A DNA stretch of 63,964 nt, filler included, from Octopus bimaculoides (taxonomy: Eukaryota), in NCBI RefSeq assembly GCF_001194135.2. It is 8 parts of 7 records of this genome, joined end to end, with 100 filler letters (N's around TTAATTAATTAA, not from the genome) between each part and the next. Parts side by side here need not be neighbours in the genome. Positions count along the whole stretch, not along the records: positions 2,523 to 19,896 come from NC_068985.1; positions 19,997 to 22,837 come from NC_068987.1; positions 22,938 to 30,832 come from NC_068992.1; 5 more parts are not named here. One strand, given 5' to 3'. A program made the translations under genes and the position numbers. The notes under the pieces are model-generated. The model made no database searches and was not told the DNA's origin. It worked only from the letters and a program-made list of their open reading frames with translations. Shown in pieces: positions 12,619 to 24,835 of this stretch; the first letter of the stretch is position 1; each line of letters starts with the position of its first letter.

Positions 12619-14418
12619 GTGTATATGTATATATATATACATATATATATATGTGCATATGAATATATACGTACATATATTTGGAGAGGACATAGATATA
12701 CATATATACGTAAAGAGAGATAGAGCTAGAATGAGAGAGAGAGAGAGAGAGAGGTAGAGGAATATATATATATATATATATATGTATGTATTAAGAGAGA
12801 AGCATATGTGTGTGTGTGCATGTATGCGTGCGTGTGTGTGTGTGTGTGTNNNNNNNNNNNNNNNNNNNNNNNNNNNNNNNNNNNNNNNNNNNNNNNNNNN
12901 NNNNNNNNNNNNNNNNNNNNNNNNNNNNNNNNNNNNNNNNNNNNNNNNNNNNNNNNNNNNNNNNNNNNNNNNNNNNNNNNNNNNNNNNNNNNNNNNNNNN
13001 NNNNNNNNNNNNNNNNNNNNNNNNNNNNNNNNNNNNNNNNNNNNNNNNNNNNNNNNNNNNNNNNNNNNNNNNNNNNNNNNNNNNNNNNNNNNNNNNNNNN
13101 NNNNNNNNNNNNNNNNNNNNNNNNNNNNNNNNNNNNNNNNNNNNNNNNNNNNNNNNNNNNNNNNNNNNNNNNNNNNNNNNNNNNNNNNNNNNNNNNNNNN
13201 NNNNNNNNNNNNNNNNNNNNNNNNNNNNNNNNNNNNNNNNNNNNNNNNNNNNNNNNNNNNNNNNNNNNNNNNNNNNNNNNNNNNNNNNNNNNNNNNNNNN
13301 NNNNNNNNNNNNNNNNNNNNNNNNNNNNNNNNNNNNNNNNNNNNNNNNNNNNNNNNNNNNNNNNNNNNNNNNNNNNNNNNNNNNNNNNNNNNNNNNNNNN
13401 NNNNNNNNNNNNNNNNNNNNNNNNNNNNNNNNNNNNNNNNNNNNNNNNNNNNNNNNNNNNNNNNNNNNNNNNNNNNNNNNNNNNNNNNNNNNNNNNNNNN
13501 NNNNNNNNNNNNNNNNNNNNNNNNNNNNNNNNNNNNNNNNNNNNNNNNNNNNNNNNNNNNNNNNNNNNNNNNNNNNNNNNNNNNNNNNNNNNNNNNNNNN
13601 NNNNNNNNNNNNNNNNNNNNNNNNNNNNNNNNNNNNNNNNNNNNNNNNNNNNNNNNNNNNNNNNNNNNNNNNNNNNNNNNNNNNNNNNNNNNNNNNNNNN
13701 NNNNNNNNNNNNNNNNNNNNNNNNNNNNNNNNNNNNNNNNNNNNNNNNNNNNNNNNNNNNATATATTTATTTATTTACTTATTTATTTATAAAAATTTAG
13801 CCTTCTGCGTTGTCAAAATGTATTTAGATTTCTACAAAAGTCATTGAATTGCGATAATAGACAAAGCACTGAATGAAAGCCATTTTGTGTCCCATTTGCT
13901 CACTCGACACTCTAAGTTCAAATCGAACTAGTGTCAAGGATATTTTTTCTCCTCTTTCATTTTTCTCCAGTTTCGATGAAACTCACATTGGGTATATACT
14001 GGAGTTGATTGACTAAATCTATTATTCCGACTCAAATGATTTGTGTCAAAGTGAAAAATCATTTAGAGTGGAGTTAAGCGACTGAGTGGTCGAAACTATT
14101 GGGTTCAGTCCTTCAAAATTTTGGGTTCGAACTCTGTTGACTCTATCATTCATCAATCTTGAGGTCGATCAAAATAAGTTACAACCATCATATTGAACTC
14201 AAGTCAATTGACAGTACCTTATATTCTTCAAGACTCGATAACCTATCTATTATATACATCAAGGCTTTGTCAATAATTATGAGCAATAAAATTGTTGTAT
14301 ATTAGACTCACATTAATCCTGACTGAACAGATCTATTTAGCAAATGCGTTCCAGCCGTGACAATTTCGTCTTTCTTTCATTTGTTGTCTCTGTGCAAGAC
14401 TACATTATCTAGCGCGTC

Positions 14419-14632
14419 AAGACGGCGTGCTGGCAGAAACGTGAGCACGCTGGACGAAATGCTTAGCGGTATTTTGTCTGCCTTTACGTTATGAGTTCAA
14501 ATTCCGCCGAGGTCGACTTTGCCTTTCATCCTTTCGGTGTCGATGAATTAAGTACCAGTTGCGTACTGGGGTCGATCTAATCGACTGGCCCCCTCCCACA
14601 AAATTTCGGGTATTGTGCCTATATTAGAAAAG
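14419..14632 (+). mobile_element. SINE family A, full length, with 15-bp TSD
   Basis: attatctagc(g/a)cgtc at 14404-14418 and 14633-14647. Confidence 0.9.
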
Positions 14633-15082
14633 ATTATCTAGCACGTCGTTCTTTTTAAAGATACTGGTGTGTGATTAGAGCTCGAATCGTTGCTCGTTCA
14701 AACAAGCCCATGCATTAGTGAGTATTCATTGTTTAGCCTTACGGAAGCCATGTTCTTTGGATACCATGAAGACATATTTCTGGTAATAACGTATATTAAT
14801 TTCTTGAATGCTATTTCATTTAAATACAGTTAGGTTTCATAGTTTTTTTTTATTGTCATATTATGAAAACACCATTGCGACTGAGTGGTAACGTTTCTTT
14901 TTCTTTATATCATTATTTGGAAACAATGTATACCATGAGGTTAATATTTTGTAGGATTGTACTGTTAAAGAGCTTAAATAAAAATTCTTGGTCGAAACAA
15001 AACTACGGGTGACAAGCATAAAACAGAAAAAGTCTGAGTGATAAACCCTAATCACATAGAACGTATTGGCATTGCATAACAG

Positions 15083-15146
<64 letters not shown>

Positions 15147-15422
15147 CCTCGATAGCACCGAACAGTGAGAATGAATCCCCACACCGCATTTAGTGGTTAG
15201 ATATTCTTTATTTGTGGATGATTAATTGTGTCACTGATGGTGTCATGTGGAAGATTTTTCAATTCTTCAAGCGTTAAGTTTTATGATATTGGTAATCACG
15301 TCCATTTTAAATGGGCTAACAACATAAAGTGGAACACTTGAAGAATTGTAAATACTTTATACATGAAACCGTTGGTAGCGCACTTAATCCACAAATGAAT
15401 AAAATGTGTGTGTATATATATG

Positions 15423-15455
<33 letters not shown>

Positions 15456-15690
15456 ATGTGTGCGCGTGCGCGTGTGTGCGTGTGTGGGCGTGTGTGGGCA
15501 TGTGTGCATGTGTACATATGTAGACAGCTACAGAATACATACACACACATACACGTATGCATGTGTTTGTATGTGGGTTTGAGGGTGGTTTTTATCATGA
15601 TGATGTGCGTACTTTTTGAAGAGTTTTAGTTGCTTAGATTAAATGAATAATTTGATTCAACCAAAATGGGGAAACTAAGCATTGTTTTAG

Positions 15691-15789
15691 ATTGCTAATC
15701 CATTCCAGCAATCACCACACTACTTTGATGTCACTGAACAGGGGTCAGTTCTTTATCGGAGTTTGTGATCTATATTCGAATTTCCAAGT
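15691..15789 (+). CDS. Candidate exon, phase 2-2 (LLIHSSNHHTTLMSLNRGQFFIGVCDLYSNFQ)
   Basis: attgttttag acceptor; GT|gtaagt donor; 99 nt with one open frame, phase-compatible with 7807-7922; no homology recognised. Confidence 0.38.
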
Positions 15790-16198
15790 GTAAGTATTTC
15801 ATTTTAATCTCATCTTTACGTGCATTAAGATAGTCTTGGGGATCTTACTTTCTAATTAACTGTTTTCTAAAGCAACCGAAGATTATTACTTGTTTGTACA
15901 GCTGTGTATAACAATCTTGTTAGTCCTATTTTTATTATCTTTCTGGCCACATATTGTAAGAACCGGTCGGAAGTACCGTTGAATGGAAGCTCACTCCATT
16001 TTAAAGTTTATCTCGATCTAGTGAAATGAAGCTTGAAAAACGTTGTTTGCTCTTGAATTTTAACTTTGAAGTCTTCCCGAGGAGATAGAATTCTTGATAT
16101 TTATGCTAACTTCAATCCAGAGAGGAGAGTATACTCAATATCAACGTTCCTGGATGACAGGTGAACTTTGAATTAGAAGCTACCAAAATACGTATGTA

Positions 16199-16749
16199 CG
16201 AGGGTGAGTCAAAAAGTAATGCCGTTTTGTTTAGGACAGGTATAATTACCAACGCAGGAACATGTATCATACATAAAAATAAAGCTGGTCCTCTGTGGAT
16301 CACATCCCTACTTCTCAACATAGTCACCGTTTCTCTCAATAGCAATGTTCTACCTTCAAATGAGAACGCGTATCCCTGCCCTGTAAAATTCTGTTGACTG
16401 TTCTTTGAGCCACTTCTTTACTTCAGTTTTCACTTCCTCGTCACAGGAATAATGTTTGCCTCTCAAACCCTCTTTCGTGGTGCTGAAGAAATGAAGGCGC
16501 CACGAAAGAAGGCGCTAAATCTGGTGAGTATGGAGGTAGTGAAGAAGTGGCTCAAAGAACAGTCAACAAAAGTTTACGGGGCAGGGATACATGCTCTCAT
16601 TCGAAGGTGGAACATTGCTATTGACAGAAATGATAAGTAGAGATGTGATCCAAAGTGGACCAGCTTCATTTCGATGTATGATACGTGTTCCTGTGTTGGT
16701 AATTATACCTGTCCTAAACAAAATGGCATTACTTTTTGACTCACCCTCG
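16199..16749. mobile_element. Mariner-derived fold-back element built from two inverted transposase 3' ends
   Basis: TA-flanked cgagggtgagtcaaaaagtaatgcc TIRs; both arms translate outward to the mariner C-terminus (KKWLKEQSTEFY.AGI..LI.RWNIAI.RNGDYVEK). Confidence 0.9.
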
Positions 16750-17726
16750 TAATAAAAATAGCGATATATAACATACTCTCAAGGCAATTTCGAGTGGGGA
16801 ATCAGTGTTTCAAATCAAACTCAGTATTTGACTGAGACTTATGCTGTCGATCCGATCGATTGGAAGACAAAACCGATGCTTTAACAATCCAGCTGGATTT
16901 TGAATCAGAACGCTAAGAGAAGTAGCTAAACATCATGAAGTACTTTTAACCGCCCTTCTAGCAATTACACCATCCATCCTTTTGTTAATTAGATCGCCCT
17001 ATCACTTCTAATAACGATGAGTTATACATGTACTGATTGCACAGATACACAACTAGGTGAACTGCGTCAGTGAACTCGGAGTTCGCTGATACATTGGACA
17101 CTTTGGGCAGCAGTCTGCTATTCTGTGTACTCAATACGCAGTGTTGCATATCAGTATATATTTGTTATCGATTCAATAACTGAGTAAGCTAAAGATGTAG
17201 TGAGATGTTGAATTGCCGAATATGCGTGCCGGCTTGATTCTTAAGGAAATCATTTACTTTCGTTTACTCTTACTCTTCATAATTAGGAATTTTAGGTGAC
17301 AACTGAAACTACTAGAAGGATTAAATCAATCAGACTGAATATTCTGTTATACTTATACAAAGATCAAGCATCTTAACGACTGGTGTACATTTATGTTTGT
17401 TTTCTATCGAAAAGAAAAGGCTCTTTACTTCCTAAAAATGGCTTACAGTGTCACCATGTGTTGGATGTAGGTAAACTACCGCTTTTTGTAAGCCAATAAT
17501 GTCATTAATTAATGTGACCGCCAAATAATACAAAAGACGCATTTTTAAGACTAATAATTGTTTCACTAGTTAAAAATGCCCCTAAACCATACAAAAGCTC
17601 ATTTTTTTTAAAGATTAAGATTATTATGTAGCTGTTGTCCTTTAATACCAGTCTAGTTCTGGACAGACCAGTGATGAAAAGTAGTTCAGAAGGGATTAAC
17701 TTGCTTTTTGTTATTTATAAGTAAAA

Positions 17727-17925
17727 GGGTGACGAGCTGGCAGAATCGTTAGCACGCTGGGTGAAATGCTTAGTAACATTTTGTCCCTCTCCACATTCTG
17801 AGTTCAGATTCCACCTGGGTTGTCTTTGCCGTTTATCCTCTCAGAGTTGATAAAATAAGTACCAATAGATGGACTTACCCCCTCTTCTGAAATAATTGGC
17901 CCTGTGCCAAATTTTGAAATAAATT
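17727..17925 (+). mobile_element. SINE family A, diverged
   Basis: gagctggcagaatcgttagcacgctggg..ttctgagttcagattcc..taagtacca. Confidence 0.85.
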
Positions 17926-18368
17926 ATTTATATATCTATCTTCAAGCTCTGGACTACATTATCCAGTTATTCATTTTGTAAAAGCCAGTCTGGTGTACCT
18001 TGAGAGAGATTTCGCTACTATATTTACCAGGTCGATCCTGAATACAGAGGGTCCCTGACGTAAACTAAAATATACAAAAGTATCATTTTTCAAACAAACC
18101 ATAGTGTCATTGGTTATTGATGTAGTTAAATTTTATGTAAAAACAATGAAGTTTAGAAAATCAGACACTAAAGAAAGTAACGAAAGAAAGAAACGTGTGT
18201 ATTGAACAGTGCTGTGTTGGGAATATATATATTTTTTAATAGAAATAAAGCTGTGTTTTGTCAAAACGTTTTTTTTTAAAGAAATGTAAAATAAGAGACT
18301 TTTTTATCTTGCATTTTTTAATATATATATATGTGTGTGTGTATATATATACATATACATATACATAC

Positions 18369-18425
<57 letters not shown>

Positions 18426-19038
18426 NNNNNNNNNNNNNNNNNNNNNNNNNNNNNNNNNNNNNNNNNNNNNNNNNNNNNNNNNNNNNNNNNNNNNNNNNNN
18501 NNNNNNNNNNNNNNNNNNNNNNNNNNNNNNNNNNNNNNNNNNNNNNNNNNNNNNNNNNNNNNNNNNNNNNNNNNNNNNNNNNNNNNNNNNNNNNNNNNNN
18601 NNNNNNNNNNNNNNNNNNNNNNNNNNNNNNNNNNNNNNNNNNNNNNNNNNNNNNNNNNNNNNNNNNNNNNNNNNNNNNNNNNNNNNNNNNNNNNNNNNNN
18701 NNNNNNNNNNNNNNNNNNNNNNNNNNNNNNNNNNNNNNNNNNNNNNNNNNNNNNNNNNNNNNNNNNNNNNNNNNNNNNNNNNNNNNNNNNNNNNNNNNNN
18801 NNNNNNNNNNNNNNNNNTATAGATAAAGAATGATAGAATAAAATAGCCGACTCTCCGAGAATAAAAGTTTTATTAAAATATTTATATGCTGTTTTTCAGT
18901 CTTTCATTTTTTGTAAAATATATTTATATATAAATAAATACAGAATCCCTCCAGATTAAATAAAATTCGCGATTCAACGGAAATAGAAGTAGAAAAGAAA
19001 TGAAAAAAATATAATAATAAAAGAAATAATTTGAAAGA

Positions 19039-19232
19039 TTATTTGACATCATTTTGAAACTTGTCAGAGTTCTTGTCGAGAAAATAGCATTTCTTAAAAC
19101 TTTGTTGTATATTTTCTTTCCCTTTATTTGAAAAAAGGGGTGTCCCTAGTATGAAACAGGATATATTCAAGCCGACAGATGGGCAAACTTCTCTCCTATT
19201 TAAAATATTGTGCTGGTCTTTTTGGCAGTCTC
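19039..19232 (-). CDS. Possible terminal exon or TE relic (GDCQKDQHNILNRREVCPSVGLNISCFILGTPLF...DVK*)
   Basis: tgtgttttgcgatttcag acceptor; open frame to TAA; downstream AATAAA on the minus strand; no homology recognised. Confidence 0.28.
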
Positions 19233-19996
19233 CTGAAATCGCAAAACACAGTAGTTTATTAATCAGGTTGACAAAATGCACCAAACACCTCTCCTGGCTT
19301 AAAATATAGTTAGGGAAAATAAAGGATAAACGATAAATGAAAACGTAATAAGAGAGAGAAACAGAAGAGAAAAAATTAAGTTGATATTACATAAACGATC
19401 GTAACCGCTGCAGTAGCGTCCTTAACAACTGGATACATAGTTTAGTCAGTGTTAGCATATTTAATGCAGGGGACATTGAAAAAACTAGCTCGTAATAATT
19501 ATGCGATGAGAAAAATACAAAACAATGACTATCCTCACCGTACAATTCAAATAATCTGTATAATGCCCCTTGCATTGAATAAACTAATACAAGGTGTATG
19601 TATATGCATGTATAAGTATACACACACACGCTCGCGCACATACATACACGTACACACACACACACGCACCACCACCCACACGATTGAACAGAGTGGAGAT
19701 GTTCAAATTATGTTACGCATGTTTTCATAGCATGGCTATTTTGCTCATTAACGTTTTATATTACATGATTACATTACCAGACCATTTCGTCAGATATCTT
19801 GAACAGTTGGTGCGAGTAAAATCGATCCTCACTACCTGATATACAAATATTTCGAAAACAGCATCCTTGTATATATGATTATATATATATATATATNNNN
19901 NNNNNNNNNNNNNNNNNNNNNNNNNNNNNNNNNNNNNNNNTTAATTAATTAANNNNNNNNNNNNNNNNNNNNNNNNNNNNNNNNNNNNNNNNNNNN

Positions 19997-20047
<51 letters not shown>

Positions 20048-20289
20048 CACACATATATATATATACATATATACTTACATACGCACACACATATATATAT
20101 ATAGGAATAAACGTAATATCTAAATATATACACAAAGACGTACATCCATATATATGTATTGTATATATAAATATATGTATGTATGCATACACACACACAC
20201 ACACACATATATATACATACATACATACCTGATTATATATCTATAACTATATTTATTTATTTATTAATATTCGTGTGTCTCTGTATGCA

Positions 20290-20368
<79 letters not shown>

Positions 20369-20878
20369 NNNNNNNNNNNNNNNNNNNNNNNNNNNNNNNN
20401 NNNNNNNNNNNNNNNNNNNNNNNNNNNNNNNNNNNNNNNNNNNNNNNNNNNNNNNNNNNNNNNNNNNNNNNNNNNNNNNNNNNNNNNNNNNNNNNNNNNN
20501 NNNNNNNNNNNNNNNNNNNNNNNNNNNNNNNNNNNNNNNNNNNNNNNNNNNNNNNNNNNNNNNNNNNNNNNNNNNNNNNNNNNNNNNNNNNNNNNNNNNN
20601 NNNNNNNNNNNNNNNNNNNNNNNNNNNNNNNNNNNNNNNNNNNNNNNNNNNNNNNNNNNNNNNNNNNNNNNNNNNNNNNNNNNNNNNNNNNNNNNNNNNN
20701 NNNNNNNNNNNNNNNNNNNNNNNNNNNNNNNNNNNNNNNNNNNNNNNNNNNNNNNNNNNNNNNNNNNNNNNNNNNNNNNNNNNNNNNNNNNNNNNNNNNN
20801 NNNNNNNNNNNNNNNNNNNNNNNNNNNNNNNNNNNNNNNNNNNNNNNNNNNNNNNNNNNNNNNNNNNNNNNNNNNNNN

Positions 20879-20945
<67 letters not shown>

Positions 20946-21354
20946 CGCATATATCTATCAAACTGACTATATATGTGTATAAATATATACAGACACACAC
21001 TTTTACATACACAAATATATTGATAGATTTCTCTATGTCTGTCATTTAGCTCGAAGAAAATCTTGTCCCGCTGACTTTATTCCAACTGTACAATTGATCC
21101 AATAAGGCAGTAACTGGGGCTATATTATGGAATGTGTCCATCCATATTAAGAGATGCTTTAGCTGCCATTTTTAGCGGAACTAGGCTCTGTTCAGAGGCT
21201 CTCCTTTGTAAATAATTTGTAAATAATTTGTAAATAATTTAGTACTAAGATAGAGATAAACTATGCATTCACATATACATCTAGTCATACACGCATACAT
21301 CTGAATATTGTATACACACACACACACACACACACATAAATCTTCTATCTTTTA

Positions 21355-22000
21355 TTGTTGGCATGTTTCAGTCATTGGACTGCGATCATGCTGGAGCACC
21401 GCCTTCAAAATCTTTTAGTCGACCACACTAGTTATTTTTGAGACATGGTACTTATTCTATCGCTGTTTTTTCGCGAACCGCTACGTTACAGGGATGTAAA
21501 CAAAGCATCAGCGGTTGTCAAACGACGGTGGGTTGGCGTGGGAGTGGAGCAAACACAGACACAACGACACACACATACGACAACGGCTTAGCTGACCGAA
21601 ACTTCGAAGTCACTGTGTATGTGTGTGAGTCTGTCTGTCTGTATGTGTGTATGTATTTATGTATGTATGTATGTATGTATGTATAGTTGTTTGTATGTAT
21701 GTATGTAGCAAGCGCTCCAATAGCCAGGACTTCACAAAAGATAGAAAACGACCTATACCGCTTGCACGGTGGTCGGTGTCCGTTTGGAACAATCACATGA
21801 CGTCAAGCCAAGGAGACATACTCCTGCATATGTGCACATACATGTTGTATGTGTATACATACGAATACATATGTATTAGAAGAGGCTTTTGTCGGTCCGG
21901 GGATATAGTAGAAAACACTTGGCCAAGGTACCAGGCCGTAGCATTGAACTCAAGACCACGTGATCGGGAAGCGAATTTCTTAACCACACAGGCTAGCCTG
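21355..22000 (-). mobile_element. SINE family B (tail 21355-21590, head 21860-22000) split by simple-repeat and other sequence
   Basis: gcatgtttcagtcattggactgcg..gagcaccgcc; ggatatagtagaaaacactt..ttcttaaccacac. Confidence 0.75.
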
Positions 22001-22018
22001 CGTCTGTTTATCTATCTA

Positions 22019-22072
<54 letters not shown>

Positions 22073-22431
22073 NNNNNNNNNNNNNNNNNNNNNNNNNNNN
22101 NNNNNNNNNNNNNNNNNNNNNNNNNNNNNNNNNNNNNNNNNNNNNNNNNNNNNNNNNNNNNNNNNNNNNNNNNNNNNNNNNNNNNNNNNNNNNNNNNNNN
22201 NNNNNNNNNNNNNNNNNNNNNNNNNNNNNNNNNNNNNNNNNNNNNNNNNNNNNNNNNNNNNNNNNNNNNNNNNNNNNNNNNNNNNNNNNNNNNNNNNNNN
22301 NNNNNNNNNNNNNNNNNNNNNNNNNNNNNNNNNNNNNNNNNNNNNNNNNNNNNNNNNNNNNNNNNNNNNNNNNNNNNNNNNNNNNNNNNNNNNNNNNNNN
22401 NNNNNNNNNNNNNNNNNNNNNNNNNNNGCGA

Positions 22432-22468
<37 letters not shown>

Positions 22469-22633
22469 TATACATACACACATATATATTTGTAAATATT
22501 TATACATGCACACGTTCACATATGCATGTATATATAATGTAATCAAGTGCAGATGCAGCAGATACACAATTTAATGGTTATGAGGATCCAGTGTATATAC
22601 ATGCAATTGAAAACACACACACACTCATGTTTA

Positions 22634-22671
<38 letters not shown>

Positions 22672-22799
22672 CACGCACATACATCTATATTTACATATAT
22701 ATCCATTAAACATATTTACACACACACATATATATGCATATATTTATATTTGTATACATATGCATATATATATACATGTGTGTGTGTGTTTCTTTATAG

Positions 22800-22837
<38 letters not shown>

Positions 22838-22950
22838 NNNNNNNNNNNNNNNNNNNNNNNNNNNNNNNNNNNNNNNNNNNNTTAATTAATTAANNNNNNN
22901 NNNNNNNNNNNNNNNNNNNNNNNNNNNNNNNNNNNNNTATATATATATAT

Positions 22951-23745
22951 ATGGTGGTTGTCTACTTCTTACACAGAGTTTGACCACCTCCTGCACCTAC
23001 ACCTTAGCCCTTTCATGGCGTCTGACGTGGCTTTTTAGACCAGACAATGTTTTGAAAAAACACCCACACAGATTGCACCTCTGATTTCTACTACCAATAC
23101 CTGCAGGTAAGTTCTGCTCATTGTGGATCCTAACGTGTCTTTTAAGACCCCCATTGGATTTGCAAGCCTTCTGGCACACACCATATTCAAACGTGTGCAC
23201 AGACATATATTCAAAATAGCTGGTTGACGTTTGTTTTCCATGGGTTCGCAGGTGATATTTGAGGCCAGCCAAAGACAGGCATGGTCTGTCACAGACTGTG
23301 CACACAAAAGGGTCCTTGTCAATCACCTTCTCGATCTTTACATTCTTCCTTAAATATCTCTTGAGTCCTGCTTGCGTCATCCTGGCCTCTTCAAACGCTT
23401 TCACTCCACACCTTTGTTCGCCATCCAGCTCGATCTGAAGCGAGAGCTTCTATATCTTCTGGAACCATTCCAAGTGACTTCATAGCAGTCCTTATGCCAT
23501 CCTTAAACCTTTTTTTAGGTTTATGCCGATAGCGTTTACCTTCTGCAAGCTCACCATAATACAGCTGTTTCGGCATGCGTTCATCTGCCATTCGAACAAT
23601 ATGGCCACACCATCTCATGGTTTTAATTGAGGAGATGCCTGCAAATGCAAGGATATCTGTGTTTGGAGTAAAATAATTCTATTTAATTTTTAAAATATGA
23701 CGAAGGCATTTTTGGTGGAATTGTTCTAACAGTTTAAAATGCCTT
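22951..23745 (-). mobile_element. RTE-clade LINE 3' end (post-RT region plus three C2H2 fingers), degenerate
   Basis: LEQFHQKCLRHILKI, RWCGHIVRMADERMPKQLYYGEL..GKR...PKKRFKD, DRAGWR; fingers CTVCDRPC..LKYHLRTH, YGVCQKAC..LKRHVRIH, CNLCGCFF..LKSHVRRH. Confidence 0.92.
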
Positions 23746-23746
23746 T

Positions 23747-24151
23747 CAGGCTGCAAGTTCGTCAGTGGAATTTAAATCTCATAAATCCAGAGATTGGTTC
23801 TCGGATAGATCAGCAGAGATTCATGATCTACTTTTAGAAAAACAAAACTTAGGCAATACACTGCTCTCTCAGTCATTGAATCCCAACTCAAATGAAACTT
23901 ACAGAAAGCTGAAAAGGAGAGTGTAAATTGCTCTAAGGAAAATTAAACAAGAATGGTGGAATGATAGGGCAAAAGGGGCACAAGAAGCAGCTGATAGAAA
24001 TGATGCCAGTTGTTTGTATTCTTATGTTAGGGAGGTATATGGTCCAAATTCTTCCTCAATAGCTCCAGTGAGAACAGAAGATGGATGTTTTCTTCTGACT
24101 GACATCGCTTCTATTCATAAGCGTTGGGTAGAACATTTTTCTGCACTTTTG
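23747..24151 (+). mobile_element. RTE LINE EN-RT linker segment, inverted relative to the adjoining 3' end
   Basis: KSRDWFSDRSAEIHDLL..LRKIKQEWWNDRA..QEAADRND..Y..VREVYGP..APVRTEDG..LLTD...IHKRWVEHFSALL, typical of RTE ORF upstream of RT. Confidence 0.88.
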
Positions 24152-24304
24152 NNNNNNNNNNNNNNNNNNNNNNNNNNNNNNNNNNNNNNNNNNNNNNNNN
24201 NNNNNNNNNNNNNNNNNNNNNNNNNNNNNNNNNNNNNNNNNNNNNNNNNNNNNNNNNNNNNNNNNNNNNNNNNNNNNNNNNNNNNNNNNNNNNNNNNNNN
24301 NNNN

Positions 24305-24470
24305 ATATGGGAGAATTCAAAAAAAAAACAACAGACGAAGACAGGTGGTGTAGAAAACAAATAGATGTATTAGTATAACACTCGGGAATTGAAAAAGTCT
24401 TTAACGTTTCGAGCCTATACGCTTCCACAGAAAGGAACACAGAAAGAAACAGGGAGAAAACAAAATGTGT
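24305..24470 (-). repeat. PLE-terminal-repeat-like fragment with a degenerate hammerhead-like motif (24397-24434)
   Basis: Minus strand cttt-CTGTGGA-agcgtataggctc-GAAA-CGTT-aaag. Confidence 0.5.
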
Positions 24471-24589
24471 GAACACATACCTATCTCTCTGTGTGTGTCT
24501 CTCTCTCTCTCTCTGCGCGCGCGCGTGTGTGTGTGTGTGTTTGTGCGAGTGTGCACACACTTGATCGAAAGAATCCCGTTGTATATGTA

Positions 24590-24835
24590 TATATGAATGT
24601 GTGCCTGCGCGCCTATGAGTGTGTCTGTGTCCGTGTTTGTCATCCACCACCTCTTGCCAACTGATATTGGGTTTGTTGCGTCCCCGTACCTTAGCAATTC
24701 GGTAAAAAAATTGAAACAATAAGTACCAGGCTAAAAAAAGAAGTAAAAGTATCGATTCTTTTTACTAAAACGCCTTCAATCGGGGCTCCAGTATGACCAC
24801 GGTCTAATAACTGAAAGAAGTAAAACAGGAGATAA
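24590..24835 (+). mobile_element. SINE family B 3' half
   Basis: tccccgtaccttagcaattcgg..aagtaccaggct..gctccagtatgaccac..actgaaa. Confidence 0.7.

Noticed and set aside
17060-17100. Short hairpin tcagtgaactc-g-gagttcgctga as a possible pre-miRNA
   Set aside because: Stem too short and essentially no loop
21204-21241. 12-bp x3 tandem (tttgtaaataat); similar short repeats at 54800-54850 and 35244-35288
   Set aside because: Ordinary slippage duplications with no unique spacers, so not CRISPR-like
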